Source: Myxococcota bacterium (GTDB lineage: Bacteria > Myxococcota_A > UBA796 > CAJQPC01). From it: a DNA stretch of 64,000 bases. The DNA lies in contig JAZAMN010000003.1 in assembly GCA_036229005.1 (NCBI GenBank), positions 82,084 through 146,083 on the forward strand. The letters are read 5' to 3'. The position numbers were made by a program, and so were the translations under genes. Of this stretch, positions 9,126-21,356 are shown piece after piece; within the stretch, counting starts at the first letter, position 1; the number at the start of each line of letters is the position of its first letter. The notes beneath the pieces were generated by a model, which saw only the letters and a program-made list of their open reading frames with translations, did not search any database and had not been told where the DNA came from.

Positions 9126-11003
9126 TCAGTCCTTTTCCCTGCCGAGCAGGAAGTTCCAGGTGGGGTCGATCAGGGTGTCCAGCGGGGGCCGGGGGGTGGT
9201 CTCCAGCCGGTGCTCGGTGGCCTTTCGCCAGGCGGGGCCGTCCAGGTTCGGGGTGACGTGGGGCGCCGGGGGGCGCAGCCACCAGATGACGACGGACCCG
9301 TGGTCCTCGCCGGCACCCAGAGCTGCTTCCAGGGCGTTGACCCGCCGGTTGGCGCGGTTGCGGTGCATCACGGATCCGGGGAGCGCATCGAGCGCGATGG
9401 CCCCCACCCCCTGAGCGGCCAGAGCCTCCACGGCGCCTGGGGGGAGGGGACCCGGGTCCTGGCCGCCCTCCAGCACGCGGATCCAGTCCAGCAGGGGCTG
9501 GGCCCGCATCCAGTCATCCCAGCCTTGGGGCTTGGGGGCGCCCGGCGGCAGCAGCAAGGGGTTCACCACCGGCTTGCGGTGGTAGCGCTGGTGGCGACCG
9601 ACCTGGGGCATGCTCAGACCGTCCCGCTTGAGGGGCAGCTCCAGCACGGCGCCCTGGCTGGCCTCCAGCACGCGCCAGGCCTGCTCGTACTGGAGGTCCT
9701 GGGTCTGGACGGGGAGGTTGGCGGAGAGCAGCAGCGCTTCGGCCAGCAGGGCCGGCACCCAGAGTCCAGGGCGGGGGAGACGCAGCGCAGCGGCCGCCAA
9801 GAGCCCCAGGGGGAGGACCATGCCCCAGCGCTCCGGCCAGGTCAGGCGGTCCAGGAAGGGGTGGAGCTGGCCGAGCCAGTGGAAGGGCAGGGACAGGGCG
9901 CTGCCGCCGACCAGCACCAGGTCTTCGCCCCGCTTGAGGAAGGGGCCCAGGACCATGACCGCGCCCAGGGCCGCCATGGCCAGCCAGGGGAGCATCTGGC
10001 GGGCTCTCTGGGCGCGCAGGGAGAGCGCAGCGGAGAGGGCCACGGCCCCCAGAAGCACCCACGAGATGCGGTTGCTGCGGTCCATGTAGCTGGACCACAG
10101 AAGCTCCAGCGGGGCGGCCCCGTGCGCGGCCTCGAAGCGCTGATGGGCTGGCAAGGCGGAGAGGTCCGCCGCGATGTCCAGGGGCATGGGCGCGGACTCT
10201 GGCGAGGTCACCGGCAGGGAGTCCCAGGACAGGGCGAAGGGCAGCAGAGCGGGCAGGGCCCCGAGCAAGGTGACCCCCACCGCCAGACCAAAACGCAGCC
10301 AGGCCTGCCTGTCGAGCTTGCGGGCGCCAGCGAGCAGCAGCGGGAGGCTCCCCAGGGCCGCGAACAGGGCCAGGTACCAGTAGGACAGCGCGGCGCCGAG
10401 CATGAACAGGCCGGCGGCGATGGCGTGTCGGACGCGCCCTTGGGGCTCCAGGGCCTGGGCGAAGGCCGCCAGGTAGAGCGGGATCCAGAAGGCCATGGTC
10501 TGGGGGGCGTGGTGGAGGTTCAGCTCCCGGAGCAGGGGCTCGCTGCAGACCCAGCCCACACCCAGCAGCCAGCCAGCGCCCTCCCGCTCCAGGGGCGCGC
10601 GGGAGCGGGTGAGGGTCCGGCCCAGGTGGTGGGCGGACAGTCCATTGGCCAGCAGGCAGCCCAGCCAGAACACGTTGTCGCTGAGGGGGAAGGGGAGCAG
10701 GGCCGCCAGCATCCCGCCCAGCGCGTGGTCCATCAAGTTGGGGGTGAGCAGCAGCACCGGGTAGCCCTGAGGCCAGAACACCGCGTCGGTGCTGGGCCAC
10801 TGGCCTGGGGAGGCGAGCAGCGGTGGGACCAAGCCCCGGAGCCAGAGGGTGTCGGCGGCGTCCACATTGGGGAAGCCGGGGAGGCTGCTGTTCAGGTGCA
10901 GGGCCAGAGGCCAGGTCAGGAGCACGCCGAGCAGCAGGTAGCCCACCACTCGGAGACCCCAGGCCCCCGCGCCCCGCGTCAGGCGCTCAGATGTCGAGGC
11001 CAT
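9126..11003 (-). CDS. Polytopic membrane protein, possibly GT-C/YfhO-like
   Basis: Many hydrophobic segments; LTWPL, WPERW, GAVLELP, HRKPVVN motifs; overlaps the topoisomerase B stop. Confidence 0.55.
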   Translation of the reverse strand: MASTSERLTRGAGAWGLRVVGYLLLGVLLTWPLALHLNSSLPGFPNVDAADTLWLRGLVPPLLASPGQWPSTDAVFWPQGYPVLLLTPNLMDHALGGMLAALLPFPLSDNVFWLGCLLANGLSAHHLGRTLTRSRAPLEREGAGWLLGVGWVCSEPLLRELNLHHAPQTMAFWIPLYLAAFAQALEPQGRVRHAIAAGLFMLGAALSYWYLALFAALGSLPLLLAGARKLDRQAWLRFGLAVGVTLLGALPALLPFALSWDSLPVTSPESAPMPLDIAADLSALPAHQRFEAAHGAAPLELLWSSYMDRSNRISWVLLGAVALSAALSLRAQRARQMLPWLAMAALGAVMVLGPFLKRGEDLVLVGGSALSLPFHWLGQLHPFLDRLTWPERWGMVLPLGLLAAAALRLPRPGLWVPALLAEALLLSANLPVQTQDLQYEQAWRVLEASQGAVLELPLKRDGLSMPQVGRHQRYHRKPVVNPLLLPPGAPKPQGWDDWMRAQPLLDWIRVLEGGQDPGPLPPGAVEALAAQGVGAIALDALPGSVMHRNRANRRVNALEAALGAGEDHGSVVIWWLRPPAPHVTPNLDGPAWRKATEHRLETTPRPPLDTLIDPTWNFLLGREKD

Positions 11004-12887
11004 CGACCTGGGCTGCGCGCTCCATGATGAAGCTGTACCGGGGGGCGGCGTCCTTGCCCATCAGGTCGGAGATCACCTGGTCGGTCTGGAGCTGGGCATC
11101 GTCTGGGATGGTGACCCGCAGCAGCCGGCGCCGACGGGGGCACAGGGTGGTCGCATACAGGGTCTTGGGCATCATCTCGCCCAGACCCTTGAAGCGGCTG
11201 ATCTCCGGCTTGTAGCGGGCGGGCAGCCTGGACAGGATGCGCTCCTTTTCGTCGTCGTCGGCCGCCCAGTGGCTCTCCTTGCCGACCTCGATCCGGTACA
11301 GGGGCGGCTGGGCGATGTAGACGTGGCCGCCCTGGATCAGCCCGGGCAGGTGCCGGTAGAAGAAGGTGAGCAGCAGAGTGGCGATGTGGTGGCCGTCGAC
11401 GTCGGCGTCCATGAGCAGGACGACCCGGTCGTAGCGCAGCGCCGACAGGTTGAAGTCCTTGCCCATCCCGCAGCCCAGCGCCTTGACGATGTCGCCCAGC
11501 TCCTGGTTGCGCAGCACCTGGCTCATGCTCGCGGACTCGGTGTTCAGGACCTTGCCGCGCAGAGGGAGCACGGCCTGGTTGGCGCGGTCGCGCCCCTGCT
11601 TGGCGGAGCCGCCTGCGGAGTCGCCCTCGACGATGAACAGCTCGCACTCGTTGGGGTCCGAAGAGCTGCAGTCCGCGAGCTTGCCGGGGAGGTTGAGCTT
11701 GCGGGAGACCGCGCTCTTGCGGCGCACCTTCTTGGCGGCCTCGCGGGAGGCCATGCGGGCACGGGCGGCCTGGACAGCGCGGAGCACGATGCCCTCGCCC
11801 CAGGCTTTGTGCTCGTGCAGCCACTGCTCAAAGGCCGGGCGCAGGCTGCTGTCCACCTGGGCGCGGGCGTCGGGGTTGTTGAGCTTGTCCTTGGTCTGGC
11901 CCTGGAACTGGGGATCCACGTGGTAGAGGCTCACGATGGCGACCACGCCCTCGCGGATGTCCTCGGCCGAGAGCTTGACCCCGCGGGGCTCCAGTTGGTG
12001 GGCGTCGATGAAGGCGCGCAGGCCCTTGACGATGCTCTCCTTGAGCCCCTGGACGTGGGTGCCGCCGTCGCGGGTGGGGATGCCGTTCACGAAGGAGAGC
12101 AGCTGCTCCCGGGGGGAGTCGGTCCAGGTGAACACGACCTCCATCCGGGGGTCCTCGGTCTCCAGGACAAAGGGCTCGGGCGCGGTGGGGCGCTTCTCAC
12201 CCTTCTTCATCAGGGCGCCCAGGTAGTCCAGGACGCCGCCGTCGTGCTTGAACTCCAGGCGGGAGCCGGAGCCGCGATCGGTGAAGACGATGCGCAGGCC
12301 CTTGTTCAGGTAGCTCTTGACCTCCAGTCGCTCGCGGATCAGCTCGGGGTCGAAGCGCACCTCGCCGAAGATCTCGGGGTCCGGGGTGAAGGTGATGGTG
12401 GTGCCGGTCCCGCGGGCGGGGCCCACCTCTTCGACCGGCCCCCGGGGCTTGCCGCGGCGGTAGCGCTGGCGATGGAGCTTGCCGTCGCGCTTGACCTCGG
12501 CCGTCATGGACGTGCTCAGGGCGTTGACCGCCTTGGTGCCCACGCCGTGCAGACCGCCCGAGGTGTTGTAGGCCTTGGAGTCGAACTTGCCGCCGGTGTG
12601 GAGGTTGCACAGGATGAGCTCCAGGGCGGAGACCTTGTGCTTTTTGTGGATGTCCACCGGGATGCCGCGGCCGTTGTCCGCCACGCTGATGGTCCGGCCG
12701 TCTTCGCTCAGGGTGACCTGGATGGTGGTGCAGTAGCCACCGATGGCCTCGTCGACGGAGTTGTCCACCACCTCCCAGATCAGGTGGTGGAGGCCATCCT
12801 TGCCGGTGCCTCCGATGTACATGGCCGGGCGGCGACGGATGCCCTCCAGGCCCTCGAGCATCTGGACGGAAGAGGAGTCGTAGCGGC

Positions 12888-12891
<4 letters not shown>
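10987..12891 (-). CDS. parE: Type IIA topoisomerase subunit B (topoisomerase IV ParE-like)
   Basis: [65 protein letters not shown]; 634 aa. parE rather than gyrB is inferred from the partner lacking a GyrA box. Confidence 0.8.
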
Positions 12892-15209
<2,318 letters not shown>

Positions 15210-15286
15210 GTACGTGAGGGGTGTGGAGGAGGGGGCCGAGGTGGCCGATATGGCGCATGGGGAGGGGATCCCCGCCGAAGGAATGC

Positions 15287-15295
15287 CTTATAACA
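15287..15295 (-). promoter_or_regulatory. Possible extended -10 element upstream of the topoisomerase operon
   Basis: TGTTATAAG on the minus strand in an AT-rich patch about 80 bp upstream of ATG 15209; no clear -35. Confidence 0.3.
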
Positions 15296-15392
15296 CAGCA
15301 AGGAGACCAAAAACTGTCCGGGCAGGCGAGGACAGGCGGGTTGAGGGCGATCCCGTCGCCCAACCCGGCTTGGCGGCCGATGACCGAGGCGT

Positions 15393-17225
15393 TCAGCCCA
15401 TCCGGCCCGCGGCCTCGGGGCTGGCGCCCAGGATGCCGGTCTCTCCGAAGGAGATCCACTGCTTCCCGGGGAGGCTGCGCAGCACCCGGATCTCGCGCCC
15501 GTCCAGGTCCCGCTCCAGCAGCCCGCCCGCCTTGGTGGGCTCAAGGAGCAGGCCGGCCTCGACGTCCACCGTGGTCCCGGGGTGCAGGTCGGTCAGTTCG
15601 GCGATGACCTGCGCCTCGGCGGGGTCGACCACCAGGATGGTGCAGCGCTCGCCCTCCGGCATGCGGAGCACGGCCTCGCCGCTGGTCACGCCCCACATGG
15701 CGTCGATGGGCTCGTTGAAGGTGAGCACGTCGCGGCCTTCGGCAGGCTGGCCGCTGCGAGCGGTCTCGGAGAGGTCGTAGTGCCCCAGCACGCCGTCTTC
15801 GTCCAGCACGAGCAGCTCGGGCCGCCGGTTCACGAAGGCCAGCCGGGTGATGGGGACATCGGCCAGGGGCTGGGGCGGGGGCAGGGCGTCCGTGCCGCTG
15901 CGCGGGTCCAGGATGCGGACCGCGCCGCGGGGGGTGACGACCCCCATCCAGGTCCCGCTGCCGGAGAGGGCCAGCGCCTGGGGCCAGGCCAGCTCCAGGG
16001 CGATGTTCGCCGCGAGGTCCCACCAGCGCACGCCGCCGCGGGGCATGCGGAGGGCCACCACCGTGCCGCCCACGTGGACCTCCGGGCTGCCCTGGGTCTC
16101 GCGGCCCGCGTCGAAGAGCTTGCGGCCGTCGCGGGCGGAGTGGATGGCGACCGGGCCGGCCTCGGGGCGCAGAGCGATGAGGCGCCCGTCGCGATCGATC
16201 TCGGCCTCGGCGAGGTCGGCGCCGGCCTTGATGATGCCCACGCGGTCGTCCCCTGCCCAGAGGGCCACGCGGTCGCGGTGCACGGCCAGGCGGAAGTGTC
16301 CGGAGCCGCTGGCGGCGTGAACCGGAGGCAGCCCGGCGCCGCTGCTGCCATCGTGCATCAAGCCGTCGCCGCCGCCGACCCGGACACCGGTGGAGAGCCA
16401 GCAGGCCGCGCCCTGGGTGTCGGGGGCTCCGTGCTGGGTGCTGCCAGCGGGCGTGAGGCTGGGGAGCTCGAAGCGGTGCAGGCTGCGGGCGGTGATGGCG
16501 GCGACCTGCCGGCCATCCGGGCTCACCACCAGGTTCTGGATGCCGCTGCCGCCCCGGGTCGCGAAGCTGTTGCAGAGCACGCCGTCGACCACTCGGAGCA
16601 GGGAGATACCGCTGGGGCCCGCGCACACGATGTAGGTGTTGTCGGGGGTGAACCAGGCCCGCTCCGCCGGCATCTGCAGGCGGTCCATCGGGAGCCCCTC
16701 GCGGTTGCGGAGGTCGATCAGCCGCACCTGTCCCTCCGCGTCCACGCAGAGCAGGCGCTCCCCGCGCGCGTCGAAGGCGACGGAGAGGCCGCCGAAGCCC
16801 TGCCAAGCGACCTCGCGCTCCCCGCGCTGCAGATCCCAGACGCGGACCAGGCCGTCCTTGGCGATCGCGGCGAGTCGGCGGCCTTCTGGGCTCAGGGCCA
16901 GGCCCCGCATGGCCCGGACGCGCCCGCGCTGCCCCTGGCGGAGCTCCTTGAAGACCTCGGCGCCGTTGTCGGTGCGGTACACCCCCACGCTGCCAGCCTC
17001 GTCGCCGACCGCGACCAGCTTGCCGCCCTGGATCAAGGCCAGCGCGCCGTTGATGGAGTCGCCCGGCTGGAACACGAGCCCGGGCGCGCGCTCCCGCGAT
17101 CGGGTCACGGCCACCACCCCGCGGGCGTCCGCTGTGGCGTAGACGGCGCTCACCGGATCCGCGCACGCGGCGGTGATCGCGGCCTCATGGGCGTTGGGGC
17201 AGAACTGGTCGGCCAGGGAGGGCAT
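15393..17225 (-). CDS. WD40-like beta-propeller repeat protein
   Basis: Repeats such as [55 protein letters not shown]. Confidence 0.75.
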   Translation of the reverse strand: MPSLADQFCPNAHEAAITAACADPVSAVYATADARGVVAVTRSRERAPGLVFQPGDSINGALALIQGGKLVAVGDEAGSVGVYRTDNGAEVFKELRQGQRGRVRAMRGLALSPEGRRLAAIAKDGLVRVWDLQRGEREVAWQGFGGLSVAFDARGERLLCVDAEGQVRLIDLRNREGLPMDRLQMPAERAWFTPDNTYIVCAGPSGISLLRVVDGVLCNSFATRGGSGIQNLVVSPDGRQVAAITARSLHRFELPSLTPAGSTQHGAPDTQGAACWLSTGVRVGGGDGLMHDGSSGAGLPPVHAASGSGHFRLAVHRDRVALWAGDDRVGIIKAGADLAEAEIDRDGRLIALRPEAGPVAIHSARDGRKLFDAGRETQGSPEVHVGGTVVALRMPRGGVRWWDLAANIALELAWPQALALSGSGTWMGVVTPRGAVRILDPRSGTDALPPPQPLADVPITRLAFVNRRPELLVLDEDGVLGHYDLSETARSGQPAEGRDVLTFNEPIDAMWGVTSGEAVLRMPEGERCTILVVDPAEAQVIAELTDLHPGTTVDVEAGLLLEPTKAGGLLERDLDGREIRVLRSLPGKQWISFGETGILGASPEAAGRMG

Positions 17226-17299
17226 TCTGGGGCTCTTGCTGGGGTGCGTCCGTCGGGTGACGCATCATCGCACGGGCTTGTATCTGCCCAGGAGGTCTC

Positions 17300-19120
17300 G
17301 TGTCGCGCACGGAGTTGGCGCTGCTCTGGCACATGCACCAGCCGGACTACCGGGATCCCCACAGCGGGGAGCCCACGCTGCCCTTCGTGCGCTTGCACGG
17401 CCTGCGGGGCTACCGCGATGTCCTCGTGTGGATGGAGGAGCAGGGGCTGCCCTTCTGCATCAACCTGGTCCCCAGCCTGCTGGAGCAGCTTGAGTGGTAC
17501 GCCCAGGGCGGCGAGGATCCCCAGCTCAGGCTCGCCCGCGCCCAGCCCGGGAGCCTCTCGGCGAGCGCTCTGCGCGACCTCATCTCCGGGCACCCGCGGA
17601 TGTGGACCCACCCCCACGCCGCCCAGCTCCGGGCCAAGGTCGAGTCCGGAGCGCCCCTCAGCCACCAGGAGCGCCTGGATCTCCAGGTCTGGAGCGTGCT
17701 CGCCTGGGTGGGGTGGAGCGGGCTGCGCGACCACCCGGAGCTGGCCGGGCTCAAGGCCCGCGGTCGGGACTTCAGTCTCGCGGATCGCGACCAGCTTCAC
17801 CTCGTCTGCGCCGGGATCCTGCGCGAGTTGTTGGTGCGCTACCAAGGCCTGGCGGTGGGGGAGCTGTCCACGACACCCCTGTGCCACCCCATCCTCCCCC
17901 TGCTGGTGGACAACCGCCACGCGAGCCGCTGCCTGCCGGACTTCCCCGAGCAGCAGGTCGACTTCCGCTGGCCCCAGGACGCGCGCGCGCAGCTCACTCT
18001 GGGCAAGGCCCGCGCCGAGGCCATCCTGGGCCGTCCGATCCACGGACTCTGGCCGTCGGAGGGCTCGGTCTCCCCGGAGATCCTCCCCATGGTCCGTGAG
18101 GCCGGGTTCACCTGGCTGGCCACCGATCAGGGCGTGCTGGAGCGCTCGCAGCGGGAGCCCGGGGATCACCACCAGGTCTGGGATCTCGGAGGCGTCCACG
18201 GCCTCTTCCGGGACCACGGGCTCTCCGATTTTCTGGGCTTCGAGGCCGCCGGCGCGGATCCCAAGGCCGCCGCGGAGCGCTTCGTCGAGGCCTGCGCCCA
18301 GCGTTCGGGGCAGCTCCTGATCGCCCTGGACGGCGAGAACCCCTGGGAGGCCTTCGAGGACGCCGGTCAGGCCTTCCAGCTCGCCCTGGGAGGGGCCCTG
18401 AGAGCGCGCTTGAGCCTCAAGACCCCCTCCGAGCTGGTGCAGGCCGCCCAGCAGCCCCCCAAGGTGCACGCGCTCCACTCCGGGAGCTGGATCCACGCGG
18501 ACTTCGCCATCTGGATCGGCGACGAGCAGGACCGGGCCGCCTGGCGCCTGCTGGGCAACGCGCGCGAGGCCGTCCACGCCGCCGGAGACCCGCCCGAGGC
18601 CCTGGCCCACATCTACGCGGCCGAGGGCAGCGACTGGTTCTGGTGGTACGGCCCGGAGTTCTCCACGCCCTTCGCGCCGGCCTTCGATCGCCTCTTCCGC
18701 GCCCACCTGCGCGCCGCCTGGTGCGCCATCGGCCTGCCCGCGCCCGCTGAGCTGGATCACCCCGTCGTGGGGGAGGGGGCCCACCCGCCGTTGGGGCCTC
18801 TGGGGGAGCTTCCGGTGTTCTGGCCACTGCGCGCGGGGCGTCTCTCTCTCGCGGCGGGGGCGGCCATGCACAGCGACACCGCTGGGGTGCGCGGGCTCCG
18901 CTATGGGCAGCGGGAGGCGGGGATCTGGATTCGCCTGGACGGCCGACCCGACCTCCCGGCCCGCGTGGAGCACGACGGCACCTTGTTCGATCTCGACGCC
19001 GGCGAGGTCACGCTTCCGCACGCCAGCCTGCCCGCGCAGATCGCGCTCTTGGTGGGCGACCGGCGCTTTCCGGCTCAGGGTACGCTGACGCTGCAGCCGC
19101 CACAGGACTGGTGGCTGTGA
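17300..19120 (+). CDS. Glycoside hydrolase family 57 (amylopullulanase-like)
   Basis: WHMHQP, HPILPLL, WPSEGSVS (nucleophile Glu), DGENPW (acid Asp), AEGSDWFWW. Confidence 0.9.
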   Translation: MSRTELALLWHMHQPDYRDPHSGEPTLPFVRLHGLRGYRDVLVWMEEQGLPFCINLVPSLLEQLEWYAQGGEDPQLRLARAQPGSLSASALRDLISGHPRMWTHPHAAQLRAKVESGAPLSHQERLDLQVWSVLAWVGWSGLRDHPELAGLKARGRDFSLADRDQLHLVCAGILRELLVRYQGLAVGELSTTPLCHPILPLLVDNRHASRCLPDFPEQQVDFRWPQDARAQLTLGKARAEAILGRPIHGLWPSEGSVSPEILPMVREAGFTWLATDQGVLERSQREPGDHHQVWDLGGVHGLFRDHGLSDFLGFEAAGADPKAAAERFVEACAQRSGQLLIALDGENPWEAFEDAGQAFQLALGGALRARLSLKTPSELVQAAQQPPKVHALHSGSWIHADFAIWIGDEQDRAAWRLLGNAREAVHAAGDPPEALAHIYAAEGSDWFWWYGPEFSTPFAPAFDRLFRAHLRAAWCAIGLPAPAELDHPVVGEGAHPPLGPLGELPVFWPLRAGRLSLAAGAAMHSDTAGVRGLRYGQREAGIWIRLDGRPDLPARVEHDGTLFDLDAGEVTLPHASLPAQIALLVGDRRFPAQGTLTLQPPQDWWL

Positions 19121-19166
19121 CCGCGACGGGGGGGAGCGTGCGACACTGGAGGGGCCCTGTGTCTGG

Positions 19167-21347
19167 ATGCCTGTGAGTTCCTTGTGGAGCCAGCTTGAGT
19201 TTGTGCCCGTGCTGCACATGCACGTGCCCGCGGGGCTGGGGTCGGACGCCCTCAAGCGGGCCTGGTCCCGGCAGCTCCGCCCTCTGCTCAAGGCGCTCTG
19301 GGAGCACCAGGACGTCCAGGTCGGCCTGCACCTGAGCGGCGCGGTCCTGCACGGCATGGCCCGGCATTTGGGAGAGGGCCTGGTGGCCCTGGAGCAGCTC
19401 GTGGACGCCGGGCGCATCGAACTGCTCGCGGGGGGCTGGTCGCACCCCTTCCTGAGCGGCCTCCCGGAGCAGGACGCCGTCTCGCAGCTCGGCCTGCAGT
19501 CGCGGCTCTTGGAGATGCGCACAGGGCAGCGCCCGCTGGGCTGCTACCTGACTGAGGGCGTCTGGGACCCCGACATCCCGCGGGTGATGGACCGGGCCGG
19601 TCTGCGCTACGCGCTGGTTCGGGGGGAGTTGCTGCTGGCGGCGGGCCTCAAGGTCTCCCAGGTCGCTGGCCTCCACCACACCGAGCGCGGGGGCAAGGTC
19701 CTGCAGGTCCTGGCGACCGACCCCGCGCTGGACCGCCTGATGGTCCGCCCCATGGGGCCGGAGGCGCTCGGGCTCCTGGAGCAGCGGCGCTCGATGGGGG
19801 TGCGCAGTGTGCTGTGGGTGGGCTCGATGAACCACCTGGACACCCTGCCGGGCGGCTTCTCCCGCTGGCTGGAGCTGTGGCTGGAGGCCCTGGACCAGAA
19901 CGGCCACTGGATGCGCACCGCGCTGCCTCGGGAGGTCGCGGTGCGGGTGGACCAGGGCAAGGGCCTGCTCTACCTGCCGAGCTGGGTGCCCGCGAACATC
20001 GCCGAGGCCATGACGGGGGTGTCTGAAGCCGAGCTCCGCTCACGCGGCGGCCACTACCTGCGGGCGGGGCGCTGGGAAGGGTTGATGGTGCGCTACACGG
20101 AGTCCAACCGGCTGCACAAGCGCATGCTGCTGGCCTCCGAGCAGCTCCAGCGCCTGCGCAAGAAGATCCAGCGGGGGCAGCGCGTGGAGCTGGATCGCCT
20201 GCTGGATGCGGCGGCGCTGGCGCTCTACCGGGCGCAGGGCTCCGACGTGCTGTGGCCCGCGCCAGGCGGCGGGTTCTACGACCAGAAGCTGCGGATGAGC
20301 GCCTGGCGGGACCTGGTCGAGGTCGAGCAGCTCACCCACCGGGCCTTCGGCGAGCACAAGAAGCTGCGCAGCCTCAAGACGGATCTGCTGTGCAGCGGCC
20401 AGGACGAGATCCTGGTGTTCGGGCCCCACGTCCACGCCGCGCTCCAGCCCTCCGGTGGGGGCGCGCTGACGGAGTTCACGGTGCCTGGGGTCGGGAACAT
20501 CGTGGACGTGCCCACGCGGCGCGAGGAGGCCTGGCACCAAGAGCTGCTGGCCCACGCCCGCCTGCCCGCGCTGGTCGACGACGATGGCGTGGTCCACCTG
20601 GATGACACGGGGACCGCACCCCTGGCGGAGTTCGAGCTGGAGGATGAGGACAGCGTGTCCTCGGAGGTGGATGACAGCGCAGAGATGGAGCGGCTGGCTG
20701 GGGTGTTGGCGGTGGACCGGGATCGCCGGGCGGCCTTCACCGACCGCTTCCTCGGACCGGGAGTCACCTCCGAGAACCTGCGCCGGGGCCAGTACCCCGA
20801 GGTCGGCGATTTCGTCGGCGCCACCTACAACATGCTGCACGTGGAGCAGGACAGCGAGCGGGGCGTCCTGGAGATCTCCCTGTCCCGGGAGGGCAAGGTC
20901 CAGGTGGGGCGGGAGAGTCGGCTGGTCCAGGTGCGCAAGCACTACAGCTTTCACCGGGGCGATGGCGGCATGCGCGTGCTGCACGAGCTGGTCAACCGCA
21001 CCTCGGAGCCGGTGGAGACCACCTTCGGGCTGGAGCTTCCGCTGGCGCTGGGCCCCCTGGCCACCCTGGATCTGCCAGGGGCGGGCCACCAGCGGCTGGA
21101 TCAGCTCCGCACCCTGGAGCACATGGATCAGCTCACGCTGCACGATCCTGTGACGGACGCGCGCATCCACCTGCACTTCTCGCCGGCCTGTAGGGTGGTC
21201 TTGTTCCCGGTGGTCTGCGTGGTGCGCGGGGAGCGCGGCGGGCTCAAGGAAGCGCAGCAGGGCGTGTGCCTGATTCCCCACTGGCCGGTCAAGCTGTGGG
21301 GCGAAGAGAAGGTCCGGATGGAGAGCCGGCTCGTCGTCGAACGCTGA
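19167..21347 (+). CDS. GH57 alpha-amylase/4-alpha-glucanotransferase-like protein (DUF1925/DUF1926 architecture), divergent
   Basis: LHMHVP, LHLSG, ELLAGGWSHP, YLTEGVW, YLPS, RYTESNRLHKRM, TRREEAWH; beta-rich C-terminal domain. Confidence 0.75.
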   Translation: MPVSSLWSQLEFVPVLHMHVPAGLGSDALKRAWSRQLRPLLKALWEHQDVQVGLHLSGAVLHGMARHLGEGLVALEQLVDAGRIELLAGGWSHPFLSGLPEQDAVSQLGLQSRLLEMRTGQRPLGCYLTEGVWDPDIPRVMDRAGLRYALVRGELLLAAGLKVSQVAGLHHTERGGKVLQVLATDPALDRLMVRPMGPEALGLLEQRRSMGVRSVLWVGSMNHLDTLPGGFSRWLELWLEALDQNGHWMRTALPREVAVRVDQGKGLLYLPSWVPANIAEAMTGVSEAELRSRGGHYLRAGRWEGLMVRYTESNRLHKRMLLASEQLQRLRKKIQRGQRVELDRLLDAAALALYRAQGSDVLWPAPGGGFYDQKLRMSAWRDLVEVEQLTHRAFGEHKKLRSLKTDLLCSGQDEILVFGPHVHAALQPSGGGALTEFTVPGVGNIVDVPTRREEAWHQELLAHARLPALVDDDGVVHLDDTGTAPLAEFELEDEDSVSSEVDDSAEMERLAGVLAVDRDRRAAFTDRFLGPGVTSENLRRGQYPEVGDFVGATYNMLHVEQDSERGVLEISLSREGKVQVGRESRLVQVRKHYSFHRGDGGMRVLHELVNRTSEPVETTFGLELPLALGPLATLDLPGAGHQRLDQLRTLEHMDQLTLHDPVTDARIHLHFSPACRVVLFPVVCVVRGERGGLKEAQQGVCLIPHWPVKLWGEEKVRMESRLVVER

Positions 21348-21356
21348 GGTGCTTCC

